A stretch of DNA of 64,000 nucleotides, taken from NCBI GenBank assembly GCA_945891385.1, contig CAMDDJ010000012.1, positions 1,940-65,939 on the forward strand, written 5' to 3'. A program made the position numbers and the translations under genes. A model generated the notes under the pieces. The model searched no databases and was not told the origin of the DNA. It worked only from the letters and a program-made list of their open reading frames with translations. This DNA is from Candidatus Kuenenia stuttgartensis. Lineage in GTDB: Bacteria; Planctomycetota; Planctomycetia; Pirellulales; UBA1268. Shown piece by piece: positions 25,915 to 35,166 of this stretch; position 1 is the first letter of the stretch, and the number at the start of each line of letters is the position of its first letter.

Positions 25915-28168
25915 CTCCGGCGGCGTGGTCGAGCCACTGCTGGATCCAGGGCGATGTCCAGGGATTCCAGGTTGGGAAGGCGACGGACACAGCCGAGAGG
26001 CCGAGGAGGATCAGCCCGATCGTCCGGCCGGTTCGGCTGCGGCCGAGCAGATCGGCCGCCGGGGTAGCGGCGGTAGCCCACAGCGGCGCCAGCCAGAAGG
26101 CCCAGCGAAACCCGGCGGTCATCCCGCCGTAGTTGCGGTCGGGCACAGGCCGGCCGAGGTAGAAGCCAATGACAATCAGCGATACCACCGCGATCGCGAC
26201 CGCGAAGCGGGCCTCACCACCGCTCTGCCGTTGGCGGGAGGCCAGCAGGGCCAAGCCGGGGAGCATCAGGAGCCAGACGGGAGTCAGCGAAAAGATTCCG
26301 TGGTGGCCGACGAGGACGTGCCAGGCGTAGGTGAGCGGGCTCGGCTCGCCGCGATCGATGCCGTGCGGATTCCTCCAGTAGCTCGTGAGCACTCGACCGT
26401 TCGGCAACACCACCGAATAGTCGTACCAATTCCGCGGGTTCCAGCTTCCAACCACCTCACCGGGACGGGCCGCCTCCGGTGTGGCCGGTTCGACGGCATG
26501 GGTCGGCGTTTGGTCGGGCTCCCGGAAGGCATAGGCCGGGGCGACCGTGCCATGCACCAGCCAGTTGGTGCCGAAAGCCGCCGCCGCCACGACCGCCGCG
26601 GCCGGGACCGCGTGCCGGAGCGTCCGGCCGAGATCTGCTCGGGCCAGCAGCACGAAGACGGCCGCCATCCAGGCGAGGGCGGGCAGTTCGAAGGCCGCTG
26701 CCAGCGCCGCCGCGAAACCGCCCGCTGCGAACGCCGTTCCGGCCCGTGCTCCCTGGCAGGTGATGCGGTATGCATACCCGGCGGCGGCGGCTGTCGCCGC
26801 CGCCGCCGGGAGGTGGTTGTTCAGGACGACGGCAAAAGTCGAGAGGAGCGTGCCGAAGGCGAGCACCGCCGCAGCCCAGAGCCGTCCCCAATCGGAGCCC
26901 CCCACCGCCTCCACCAGCCGGAAGGAGAAGAGCAGGAAGACCGCGAAGGGCACCAGACTCACCAGGATGAGCAGCATGCGACCGAGTTCGAAGGGATGGT
27001 CGCCGAGCGTCCAGCCCGTGGCCTTTGTGAGCAGCCATGCCGGACCGGCGGAGAGCACGGCCAGGAGCGGCGGCTTGCTCGAGTAGAGGTGGAGCTTGCC
27101 GTCCGGGCCCGGATGCACGACGGTGTCGATCGTGTCCCACCCCGGCTCGACGACAATCTCCTCGATCGCGAACGTGCCCCGCTCCACGAGCGCTCGCACG
27201 GTCGCCCATCGACTGCGGTCGTTGGCCGAGAGGAAGGGCCGCATCAGCCGCCGCTTCTCCAAGAACCGGGTTCTGGCCAGGTCGGGATCGGCGGCCGGGT
27301 CGGCCGCGAGGACTCGGGTCACGTGCTCGTCCGCGAGCCGCTGCTCGAGCCCGAGCCGATTGACGCTCGAGACCGAGCCGATCCGGCCGACGAGCCCGCC
27401 GATCGCCACGGCCGCCAGAATCCAATACACGCTCCGCCGCACCTGCCCCCGTGACTCCCGCGGGCGATCGGGCAGGTCGGCCAGGCGGGTGGCGATCCGG
27501 CCAAGGTCGGCGAGCCCACGGATGAAGCGGGCCGTGCCATATTTGGATCGGCCCCGGAGCCGCGGTCGGTGGTGCACCGGCATCTCGGTCACCCGCTGGC
27601 CCGACAGGTGCACGAGCGTGGGGATGAAGCGATGCATGTCGTGCTCGAGCACGAGGCCGCGGGCCGTGTCGCCGTCGATCAGTTTGAGGCCGCAGTTGTG
27701 GTCGTGGAGCCGCAGGCCCGTCACCCAGCCGACGAGCCGATTGAACACGGCCGACGGCAGCGTCTTGTGCCAGGGGTCGAGCCGCGGCGTCTTCCAGCCG
27801 TTGACCAGCCCCACGCCCCCGGGACCCGGCGTCAAGAGCGGGAGCATCCGGGGGATCTCGGCCGGGTCGTCCTGACCGTCGCCGTCGAGCATCGCCACGG
27901 CTCGGCCGCGGCACCGAGCGAACCCCGTCATCAACGCCGCCGACTTGCCCTGGCCGCGGTCATGGCGGATGCCCTGGATCCGTTCGTCTCCGGCGGCTGC
28001 GGCCTCGATCTCGGCCCACGAGCCGTCTGTCGAGCCGTCGTCGATGATGAGGAGTTCCCACACCAGGCCAGCCTCGTCGAGCCGTTCCCGGATCTCGCCC
28101 ACGAGGGGGCTGATGTTTCCCTCCTCGTCGCGAACCGGGACCACCAGAGACAGGTCGAGAGCGGTCAT
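25907..28168 (-). CDS. Fusion glycosyltransferase: N-terminal GT2 (polyprenyl-phosphate sugar synthase-like) + C-terminal polytopic GT-C (GT39/ArnT/PMT_2-like) domain
   Basis: N-terminal part: LSLVVPVRDEEGNI...LLIIDDGSTDGS...GQGKSAALMTGF...MLDGDGQDDP (GT2 DxD). Then TM helices and an ArnT/PMT_2-like loop RWATVRALVERGTFAIEE...LYSSKPPLLAVL, followed by more than 10 predicted TM helices. ATG at 28168. Confidence 0.75.
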   Translation of the reverse strand: MTALDLSLVVPVRDEEGNISPLVGEIRERLDEAGLVWELLIIDDGSTDGSWAEIEAAAAGDERIQGIRHDRGQGKSAALMTGFARCRGRAVAMLDGDGQDDPAEIPRMLPLLTPGPGGVGLVNGWKTPRLDPWHKTLPSAVFNRLVGWVTGLRLHDHNCGLKLIDGDTARGLVLEHDMHRFIPTLVHLSGQRVTEMPVHHRPRLRGRSKYGTARFIRGLADLGRIATRLADLPDRPRESRGQVRRSVYWILAAVAIGGLVGRIGSVSSVNRLGLEQRLADEHVTRVLAADPAADPDLARTRFLEKRRLMRPFLSANDRSRWATVRALVERGTFAIEEIVVEPGWDTIDTVVHPGPDGKLHLYSSKPPLLAVLSAGPAWLLTKATGWTLGDHPFELGRMLLILVSLVPFAVFLLFSFRLVEAVGGSDWGRLWAAAVLAFGTLLSTFAVVLNNHLPAAAATAAAAGYAYRITCQGARAGTAFAAGGFAAALAAAFELPALAWMAAVFVLLARADLGRTLRHAVPAAAVVAAAAFGTNWLVHGTVAPAYAFREPDQTPTHAVEPATPEAARPGEVVGSWNPRNWYDYSVVLPNGRVLTSYWRNPHGIDRGEPSPLTYAWHVLVGHHGIFSLTPVWLLMLPGLALLASRQRQSGGEARFAVAIAVVSLIVIGFYLGRPVPDRNYGGMTAGFRWAFWLAPLWATAATPAADLLGRSRTGRTIGLILLGLSAVSVAFPTWNPWTSPWIQQWLDHAAGVR

Positions 28169-28275
28169 GAGGCCGGGCAGACGGGGGACGTGGCAGGCGG
28201 GAATTTCGCCAGGATACCCCGCGGCATCGCCAGCCCGCCATGCCGTCTCCTTCCGGCCGCAGTACACTCGCTCGC

Positions 28276-29409
28276 ATGGATCGAACTCCGCGTGCCGACC
28301 AGACCCTGCCCACCATGGCCCGGCTGGTGTCGTTTGCCGTGCTCGTCGGACTGGTCGTGCTGTTCGGTCTTCTCTCGCTGCGGGTGATGGCCTCCTTTCT
28401 CCTGCCGCTCCTGCTGGCGGCCATGCTGGTCGTCGTCTTCGGTCCACTCCATCGCAGCCTCAAGGCGCGGCTGGGAGGGCCGGACTGGCTGGCGGCGGCC
28501 CTGACGACGATCCTCGTGCTTGCGATCGTGTTCGCGCCACTCGGCATCCTCGTGGCCCGCGCGGGCGGCGACGCGATGACGGTGCTCCGCCGGCCTGACG
28601 GGGTGCGGCTCGACCCGGACGTGCTCGACCGCCTGGTGAGGGTGGTCAACGAGGCGACGGGCCTGCATCTCACCGCAGACGGCGTCAACGCGGAACTGCG
28701 GACGCTCGCCGAGATGTGGCTCGGTCCGATTGCCGCCCGTGCGCCGGCCGTGATCGGAAAGATGCTGATCGGCCTGATCGTGACGGTAATCGGCTTCTTC
28801 TACTTCTTGGCCGATGGTCCGCGGATGCTCGCCGCCGTCACGCGCCTGATCCCACTCGATCCCCGGTATCAGTGGCAGCTGCTCCAGGAATTCACCGAGG
28901 TCAGTCGGGCGGTGGTGACCGCGACGCTCTTGGCGGCGATCGTGCAGGCGATCCTTGGTGGCATTGGGTACGCCGTCGTCGGCCTCGACAACGTCTTCCT
29001 GCTCACGCTGCTCACCTTCTTCATGGCGATGGTCCCGATCGTGGGAGCGGCGGCAGTCTGGGGTGTGGCCAGCCTCTACCTCCTGTTCTTCGAGCAGAAC
29101 ACCTGGGCCGCCGGCGGCCTGGCCGCCTGGGGCCTGCTCGTCGTCTCGTCGATCGACAACGTCATCAAACCGCTCGTCCTCCACGGGCAATCGAAACTCC
29201 ATCCCCTCCTGGCCCTCCTGAGCGTCCTGGGAGGCGTGGCGGCCCTCGGCCCGATCGGCATCCTGGTCGGGCCGATCGCGGTGGCGTTTCTCCAGGCCGC
29301 GCTCACGATGCTGGCCGTCGAACTCGACAGCCTGGAGGGCCCGAATCCTGCCTGCCGCGGCGAGTCGGCGGGCAGCTCCGACCCGCCTGCCGCGTCCGGA
29401 GTTGCATGA
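28276..29409 (+). CDS. AI-2E family transporter (PerM/YhhT-like permease)
   Basis: A polytopic protein with FFYFLADGPRM..., AIVQAILGGIGYAVVGL, MAMVPIVGAAAVW and IDNVIKPLVL....LHPLLALLSVLGGVAALGPIGILVGP, characteristic of the family. Confidence 0.85.
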   Translation: MDRTPRADQTLPTMARLVSFAVLVGLVVLFGLLSLRVMASFLLPLLLAAMLVVVFGPLHRSLKARLGGPDWLAAALTTILVLAIVFAPLGILVARAGGDAMTVLRRPDGVRLDPDVLDRLVRVVNEATGLHLTADGVNAELRTLAEMWLGPIAARAPAVIGKMLIGLIVTVIGFFYFLADGPRMLAAVTRLIPLDPRYQWQLLQEFTEVSRAVVTATLLAAIVQAILGGIGYAVVGLDNVFLLTLLTFFMAMVPIVGAAAVWGVASLYLLFFEQNTWAAGGLAAWGLLVVSSIDNVIKPLVLHGQSKLHPLLALLSVLGGVAALGPIGILVGPIAVAFLQAALTMLAVELDSLEGPNPACRGESAGSSDPPAASGVA

Positions 29410-29481
29410 GCGGCCACCCGGAGGTTGAAATCTGGCCTTGGAGGCCGTCGGCTCCCTGAACCCTTTCGAGGATGATGCACG

Positions 29482-29973
29482 ATGATCGTGGAATGCCTGC
29501 TCTCATTGGCCGCGGTGCTCCTGACCGGTATCGAAGCGGCCTATGTGCCCGTGGACGAGGGGGGCGGCGAGTATCTCGTGCGGGTCGAGCCCGACCTCGT
29601 CCAGTCGGGCAGCCCGTACCACTTCACCAGCGACGTGCCGGCCGACTCGCGGGACGTTCGACGCGTCCGCATTTATGTGGCCGATGCCTGGCCGCCCGCC
29701 GTGGAGCGATCGGTCGTCGAAGCCGCCAAGCGGCCCCGCCGTGTCGCTCCCGTGGCCGTCGCCTCGGCTCGCCCGGCTGAAGCGGCCCTGCTCGGAGCCG
29801 ACGCAGCGACGGGCATGGTCGCGGGAACTCCGGAGCGTCCCTGGGGCTGGCTGATCGGCAGTCTGATCGCGCTGTTCCTCTCGCTGGGAGCCAACGCCTA
29901 TCTCGGAATGCTCCTGGGCAGCATGCGACAGCGGTATCTCCGCGACGTGCAGCAGGTGCTTGTTCGCGCTTGA
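29482..29973 (+). CDS. Hypothetical membrane-anchored protein (N-terminal signal-like segment, C-terminal TM)
   Basis: 163-aa ORF. MIVECLLSLAAVLLTGIEAAYVP...; C-terminal WGWLIGSLIALFLSLGANAYLGMLLG. No family recognised. Confidence 0.45.
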   Translation: MIVECLLSLAAVLLTGIEAAYVPVDEGGGEYLVRVEPDLVQSGSPYHFTSDVPADSRDVRRVRIYVADAWPPAVERSVVEAAKRPRRVAPVAVASARPAEAALLGADAATGMVAGTPERPWGWLIGSLIALFLSLGANAYLGMLLGSMRQRYLRDVQQVLVRA

Positions 29974-29977
29974 TCCT

Positions 29978-30246
29978 CAGACCGCGACGCGCTTGTGCCG
30001 CCCCCGAGCCGGATCACGACCGTTTGACGGAAGGCGAGGGGTCGGCGAACGCTCGCGGAGCAATTGGGGCGTATCCTCGCCCGCGACGCGCTTGTGCCGC
30101 CCCCGAGCCGGACCATGACCGTTTGACGGAAGGCGAGGGGGTCGGCGAACGCTCGCGGAGCAATTGGGGCGTATCCTCGCCCGCGACGCGACTTTTGCCG
30201 CCCCCGAGCCGGATTATGAACGTTTGACCAGAGGCGAGGGTTCGCC
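29978..30246 (-). repeat. Tandem array (~2.7 units, period 99-100 bp) of the palindromic intergenic repeat, reverse orientation
   Basis: The string CGCGACGCG(C/A)CTT(G/T)TGCCGCCCCCGAGCCGG recurs at 29983, 30082 and 30182. Full cores lie at 30038-30109 and 30137-30210, joined by the conserved linker GGA(T/C)CA(C/T)GACCGTTTGACGGAAGGCGAGG. The array fills the whole gap between two convergent stop codons (29973 and 30247). Confidence 0.9.
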
Positions 30247-33200
30247 CTACAGCCGGTTACGGCGGGGACGGGCGGCGTGGCGGCGGGGTTGCTTGGGCAG
30301 GGCGGTCGACGGGCGGTGGGCAGCGGCCTGTCGCGCGGCCGCCCGGGGGCCGAAGAAATATTCCTCCGCCGGCCACAGGTCCGAGGTCGGCTCCGGTTCG
30401 ATCGCACGAACCGGCGGCGGCGCGACGGGAACCGGCTCCGGCTCGATGATCACGCCGGCCGGCTTCGCGGGTTTCGGTGCCGGCTTCAGCCGCCGGCCCC
30501 AGGTGGTGCCGGGATCGCTCAGCGAGCGGACATGGCCGCCCGCCTCGTGAAACATCTCGGCCACGTGCGCGTGGCAGGTGAGCACGAGCATCTGACGGTC
30601 GGCACCCTGCTCGGCCAGAAATTCCACCAAGACGCGGGCTGCCGAGCGAGCCCGGCTGTCGTCGAAATTGACCAGCGCGTCATCCATCACGAGCGGCAGC
30701 GTGACGTCGTGGCGACCGAGGTCGCGGACGAGCGCCAGCCGGAGAGCCAAGAAGACCTGCTCGCGGGTGCCCCGGCTGAGTCGCACCGGATTCCAGACCG
30801 AGCCGTCTCGCTCGTGGACATCGAGCCGAGCCTCGTCGACCGCGGTCGTGATCGAGTGGTAGCGGCCCTCGGTGAGCCGGGACAGCCAGCGGGAGGCCTC
30901 TCGAAGGACGGGCGGCTGGTGGTCGCGGGCGACGGCGGCGCGGGTCTCTTCGAGCAGGGCGTGGGCTCGCTCCAGCACCCGGCGACGAGCCTGGTGGGTC
31001 GCGATCTCGATTTCGAGCGCGGCAAGTTCCGCCTGGAGCGGCTCGGTGGAATGGTCACTGGCCGCCGCGGCCACCCTCGTCGCCGCGGCATCCCGCCGAC
31101 CGCGGGCTTCAGCCAGGGCCGCACGGTGCCGGGCCGTGACGGCGGTGGCCTCGGTCAGCCGGTCGGCCAGCGGCAGGGCCGCTGCGTCGGCAAGCCACTG
31201 CTCCACGTCGGCGGGTTCGGACGTGCGTCGGCGGGCGTCGAGCCAGGCGAGTTCGGCGGCCTCGGCCTCCGTCTTCGTGGCCTCATACTCGGGACGCCGA
31301 TCGACCTTGGCGAGGAAGTCTTCGGCCGTGGTCACGCCCCAGCGTGCGTAGAACTCGCCTACGGCCCGCTCGGCCACCTTGACCTGGCGAAGGGCCGAGC
31401 GGTGCCGGCGGCGAGCCGACTCGAGCCGCCGGGTGAGCGACTGCCGGCGACGGACGACGGCCCGGTCGGCGTCGAGTCGTTCCCGAAGCAGTCGCAGGTG
31501 GTCCAGCGGCGTCGTCTCCGGTACGAGTTCGCACTCCACCAGCAGTTCGTCGATCCGGCGACCCGCCGCCGCCAATTCCTCCCGCTTGTGCCGGGCCTCT
31601 TCAGAAAGCCGTCGTCGGTCGTCGTCGAGGGTCAGGAGGGTGTGTCGATGCGACGCGATCTGCCGAACTTCCCGCGGAGTGAGGCTGGGAGGCAGACCGC
31701 GGTGTTCGAGCGCTTTCCGCCAGCGCGCCCGAGCGGCTGTCCGATCTTCGGTGGCCCGCGCGAGGGTCTGTTCAGCGTCCGCCACCCGGCCGGCCAGGAT
31801 GTGGATCGAGCCTTCGCGGGATGCGAGCGACTCCAGCCGGTCCAATTCGGCCTGAGCCGCAGCCAGCCTTCGGTCGAGACCGAGTCCGGCGTCGATGCCG
31901 AGCCGGACGTCGAGCGCGGCGATATCGGCCGCCAGTTCGTCGCGTCTGGTGCGGGCCGCGTCGCACTGCCGCCGGGCGGCCTCGAGACTCGCCGACGCGT
32001 TGCGATCGAGCGACCAGGTCGTCACCGAGGCCACGCCCGCCCCCGCCAGGCCGAGGGCCGCCATGGCGTAGGCCATCGCGCCGGTCACCTCCCGCGGCAA
32101 GAGCGAGCCGGAGAGCAGCATCCCGGTGCCGATCACGAACAAGGCTCCGAGGCCCACGAGCCACGGGATGGGAATCAGCTGGGCTTCCATGTGTTCGGCC
32201 ATGTCCTGCTCGAGCCGTGCGACGGTGCGGTCGGCTTCGGTGAGCTGTTCACCGGCGGTCGCCCGCTTGCGGAGCATCGCCGACCGCTCGGCGGCCTGCG
32301 TGATCGCATCGTGGATCGTCACCCCGCCGAGGCTGCGGCCGGAGGAATCGACCGAGCCCTTGGCGTCGGCCAGCGACCGTTTGGCGACCTTCAGGTCTTT
32401 CAGGGCGGCTGACCGGGCTCGGCTGGCCCGGCTCCAGTCGCGGGCCCGCTTGCGAAGCGGCCCGAACGAAAGGGCGAAGCCTTCCGGCAGCAGGACGTCG
32501 GGGAGGGTGTCGAGTTCGGCGTCGGTCGGCAGCGTCACTGGGACGAGCCGCGACAAGCCTGCGATCCCCACCTGTTCGCCGAACCGTCTGGCTGCCAGGC
32601 GGGCGTGGCTCTCGGCCCGGGCTACGTCGGCGGCCAGTCGCTCGAGCCGCGGCTCTTCCTCGGCGAGGGCCGAGACGGCCGCCCGCTTCGACCAGACGGT
32701 CGACTCCGCCGGCAGATCGCGAAGCTGCCGGGCCACGCGGCTGCGGGTCTTCTTTCGGCCCCGGGCGATCCGCTCCGCCCGCTTGAGTCGGCGGGCAGCG
32801 GAACGCCAGGCATCCCGGTCGGCATGCACCAGCGGCGCTGATTCGAGCTTCACCAACCGCGCGGAGGTGTCTTTCCAGGCGAGATAGAAGGGCTCGATCG
32901 CGATCACATGCCGTACGACCTTCTCGGCATGCTCGGCCCGCTCGATGCGGCCACCGAGGGCGGCGAGTTCTGCGTCCAAGTGGGTGAGTTCAGTCCAGAG
33001 CGAGCCGGTCACGACCGCCGGGCTGCCCGCCGCGGCGAGCTGGTCGAGCACGTCGCCCCGGCGGGCCTTGAGCGCCGTGAGCGGAGAGATCTCCGGATCG
33101 ACCGAATCGAGGCGTTCGATCGCCGTCCGAATCCGGCCGAGCACCCGGCTCACCTGCGACCGATCGAGGCCGCTGGCAAGCTCGTAGAGCCGGCTGCCGC

Positions 33201-33711
33201 AGCCTTCCGGTTCGAGGGTTCGGAGTTCGTGGAGTTCGTCGAGGCCGAAGGCCATCACGCTCGTGAAGGTGACCTCGTCGATCTCGCCGACCAGGTCCTG
33301 GAGGTAGTAGCGGTGCCGCGGCCCCGCCTCGGCTGCCCCGGGCAACGGCGCGACCGCTGAGATCTCGATCAGGTCGCCATGATCGCCGCCGAGGCCGACG
33401 ATGCCGTCCGCGTAGGTTTCCTGCGAGAGCTCCGCCAGGTGCGGGCCCTCGTGCCGCCGCTCGATCGTGATCGCCGTCCGCTCGGGCGGAATCCGCACGA
33501 GCAACCGGCCGGCGCACGGCCGCCGGGGATCGAGCACGCCCCGCCGAAATTGTCCTTCGAAGCCGAAGAAGACCGCCCGCACGAACTCGAGGAGCGTCGT
33601 TTTGCCGGTTTCATTGGTGCCGTGAAGCACCTGCACACCGGGGCCGAGCCGATCGACCACAACCCGGTCGAGGCCGCCGAAACGTTCCACGTCGATGCGT
33701 TCGATGTACAT
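30247..33711 (-). CDS. SMC/Rad50-like AAA ATPase of the YhaN/SbcC type with a central transmembrane hairpin
   Basis: N-terminal Walker A (VLHGTNETGKTTLLEFVRAVFFG), very long Arg/Ala/Glu-rich coiled-coil regions and a C-terminal Walker B/D-loop (LPLVMDDALVNFDDSRA). Mid-protein hydrophobic pair IPIPWLVGLGALFVIGTGMLLSGSLL ... AMAYAMAALGLAGAGVASVTTW (~nt 32000-32180). Confidence 0.75.
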   Translation of the reverse strand: MYIERIDVERFGGLDRVVVDRLGPGVQVLHGTNETGKTTLLEFVRAVFFGFEGQFRRGVLDPRRPCAGRLLVRIPPERTAITIERRHEGPHLAELSQETYADGIVGLGGDHGDLIEISAVAPLPGAAEAGPRHRYYLQDLVGEIDEVTFTSVMAFGLDELHELRTLEPEGCGSRLYELASGLDRSQVSRVLGRIRTAIERLDSVDPEISPLTALKARRGDVLDQLAAAGSPAVVTGSLWTELTHLDAELAALGGRIERAEHAEKVVRHVIAIEPFYLAWKDTSARLVKLESAPLVHADRDAWRSAARRLKRAERIARGRKKTRSRVARQLRDLPAESTVWSKRAAVSALAEEEPRLERLAADVARAESHARLAARRFGEQVGIAGLSRLVPVTLPTDAELDTLPDVLLPEGFALSFGPLRKRARDWSRASRARSAALKDLKVAKRSLADAKGSVDSSGRSLGGVTIHDAITQAAERSAMLRKRATAGEQLTEADRTVARLEQDMAEHMEAQLIPIPWLVGLGALFVIGTGMLLSGSLLPREVTGAMAYAMAALGLAGAGVASVTTWSLDRNASASLEAARRQCDAARTRRDELAADIAALDVRLGIDAGLGLDRRLAAAQAELDRLESLASREGSIHILAGRVADAEQTLARATEDRTAARARWRKALEHRGLPPSLTPREVRQIASHRHTLLTLDDDRRRLSEEARHKREELAAAGRRIDELLVECELVPETTPLDHLRLLRERLDADRAVVRRRQSLTRRLESARRRHRSALRQVKVAERAVGEFYARWGVTTAEDFLAKVDRRPEYEATKTEAEAAELAWLDARRRTSEPADVEQWLADAAALPLADRLTEATAVTARHRAALAEARGRRDAAATRVAAAASDHSTEPLQAELAALEIEIATHQARRRVLERAHALLEETRAAVARDHQPPVLREASRWLSRLTEGRYHSITTAVDEARLDVHERDGSVWNPVRLSRGTREQVFLALRLALVRDLGRHDVTLPLVMDDALVNFDDSRARSAARVLVEFLAEQGADRQMLVLTCHAHVAEMFHEAGGHVRSLSDPGTTWGRRLKPAPKPAKPAGVIIEPEPVPVAPPPVRAIEPEPTSDLWPAEEYFFGPRAAARQAAAHRPSTALPKQPRRHAARPRRNRL

Positions 33712-33805
33712 GCCGTTGCTCGTCAGGTGAGGGCGATGCGGCCGGTGAAGATCGGGTTCCGATGAGGATCGATGAAGCGGATGCAGCGAGAGCCGGCGGG
33801 TGGGT

Positions 33806-35095
33806 TCAAGCCGACTCGATCAATTCCAGGGCCACCCAGCCGGCGGCTCGGGCGGCGGCGGGCGAAAGCGGGCTGGCAGGCGTCTGTTCGATGACCTGCA
33901 CGATGTCGGCCAAGGCCGACGTGAACGAGGTGGTCGCGCCCGGCCGGCCGCCGGATCGGGCGTGGCCTAGCGGGGCGAGTGATTCGGTCGGATCGGCCAT
34001 GAGTTCCGTGCACCAGGCCCGGAAGCCCTTGGGGTCGAACAGGTTTCGCAGTCGGGCCAGCGTCTCGTCGGCAAGCTCGCCCACCTCCACCCGCCGCGGC
34101 ACACTGGTGCCGCACTCGACGATGCACTCCACGAGCTCCAAGGGTGACTGCTCACCCGGTGCCACCTGTTCGAGGGCCGCCCAGAGCACCGTCGCGAGCT
34201 CTTCCGCGGCGCCGGTGGGGGACTCGATCCGGACCGTCCGCCAGCCGACCTGTTGGGTGGGGATATCCCGCCAGCTGGATCGCCAATCGGGATGCCAGGT
34301 CGCTTCGTGCGGTGCGTGGCTCCGGTCGATCAGCGTCAGCGTGCAGCACGCTCCGAGACTCCGCTCGTGCGGAGAGCGGGGCTGAAGTGCGGGCAGATGG
34401 TGAATGCCCGGAGGCAACGCGGCTGCCTGTCGCGACGCCCAGATCCAAAACGATCCCGGCTGCGTCCAGGCGGGCGACCCGGCCGCGGCGGCGACGAAAT
34501 CCGCGGCGGGATCTCGTTCCCCGTGCCATGGAGCATCCGTGGCGGAGAACACGGTGGACGGGTCCTGGCCGATGACAATGCGACGCCGTGCGAGGGAGCC
34601 ATCGGCATCGGCCATGGGGCCGGGGAGTGCCGCCAGCGGGCCGGCCGCCACGAGTTCGATGGCGATGCCGTGGAGTTCGAGATCGAGGGCCGCTTGAGGC
34701 GTGACGAAGCACAGCCCCGCCGGCTCACCGAGCATCCGCGAAACGTCCCGACAGGTGTCTGCGTCGGCTGTCACGTAGACGGTGCGGCAGCCGGCGGTCG
34801 CGAGGTCGGTCACGGCCGTGCGAACGGCTGCAGCCTGGGCGGGGCTCGCGCGGTGCGGGTCGAGCCAACGGCCGCAGATGACCAGGAGTGAGGCCTGACC
34901 ACGGTGGGCCACTGCGACGGCCTCAGCGAACGCATTGGCCGCCGCGCGGCCGACGATCTCCGCCACAGCGGGATGGGCCTTGTCAGGAATCGCGAGCGGG
35001 CGATCGATCGCCGGATCGAAGGCGAAGACGATATCGGCCACGACAAACACCCTCCGTGGTGCGAACCCCGACGGCAACCCGGGGAAGATGGGCAT
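33806..35095 (-). CDS. Mre11/SbcD/YhaO-like calcineurin-fold protein with degenerate metal-binding motifs (putative pseudo-nuclease)
   Basis: Position (directly upstream of the Rad50-like ATPase) and the N-terminal strand/helix pattern resemble a metallophosphoesterase. Motif I DxH reads ADIVF, motif II GDxxD reads CGRWLD and motif III GNHD reads TADAD. The homology assignment itself is tentative. Confidence 0.4.
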   Translation of the reverse strand: MPIFPGLPSGFAPRRVFVVADIVFAFDPAIDRPLAIPDKAHPAVAEIVGRAAANAFAEAVAVAHRGQASLLVICGRWLDPHRASPAQAAAVRTAVTDLATAGCRTVYVTADADTCRDVSRMLGEPAGLCFVTPQAALDLELHGIAIELVAAGPLAALPGPMADADGSLARRRIVIGQDPSTVFSATDAPWHGERDPAADFVAAAAGSPAWTQPGSFWIWASRQAAALPPGIHHLPALQPRSPHERSLGACCTLTLIDRSHAPHEATWHPDWRSSWRDIPTQQVGWRTVRIESPTGAAEELATVLWAALEQVAPGEQSPLELVECIVECGTSVPRRVEVGELADETLARLRNLFDPKGFRAWCTELMADPTESLAPLGHARSGGRPGATTSFTSALADIVQVIEQTPASPLSPAAARAAGWVALELIESA

Positions 35096-35166
35096 ACTGT
35101 ACCGTCAGATTCCCCGCCCTTGCCATGCCAAAAACCAGGCCGGGGTGGACCTGCTGCGGCCTGGTT

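Noticed and set aside
29978-30246. Possibility that the tandem array is a small CRISPR array.
   Set aside because: The 'spacers' (~20 bp) are themselves conserved between units. The repeat (~79 bp) is far longer than CRISPR repeats. Identical units occur singly at four other loci, and no cas genes are nearby.
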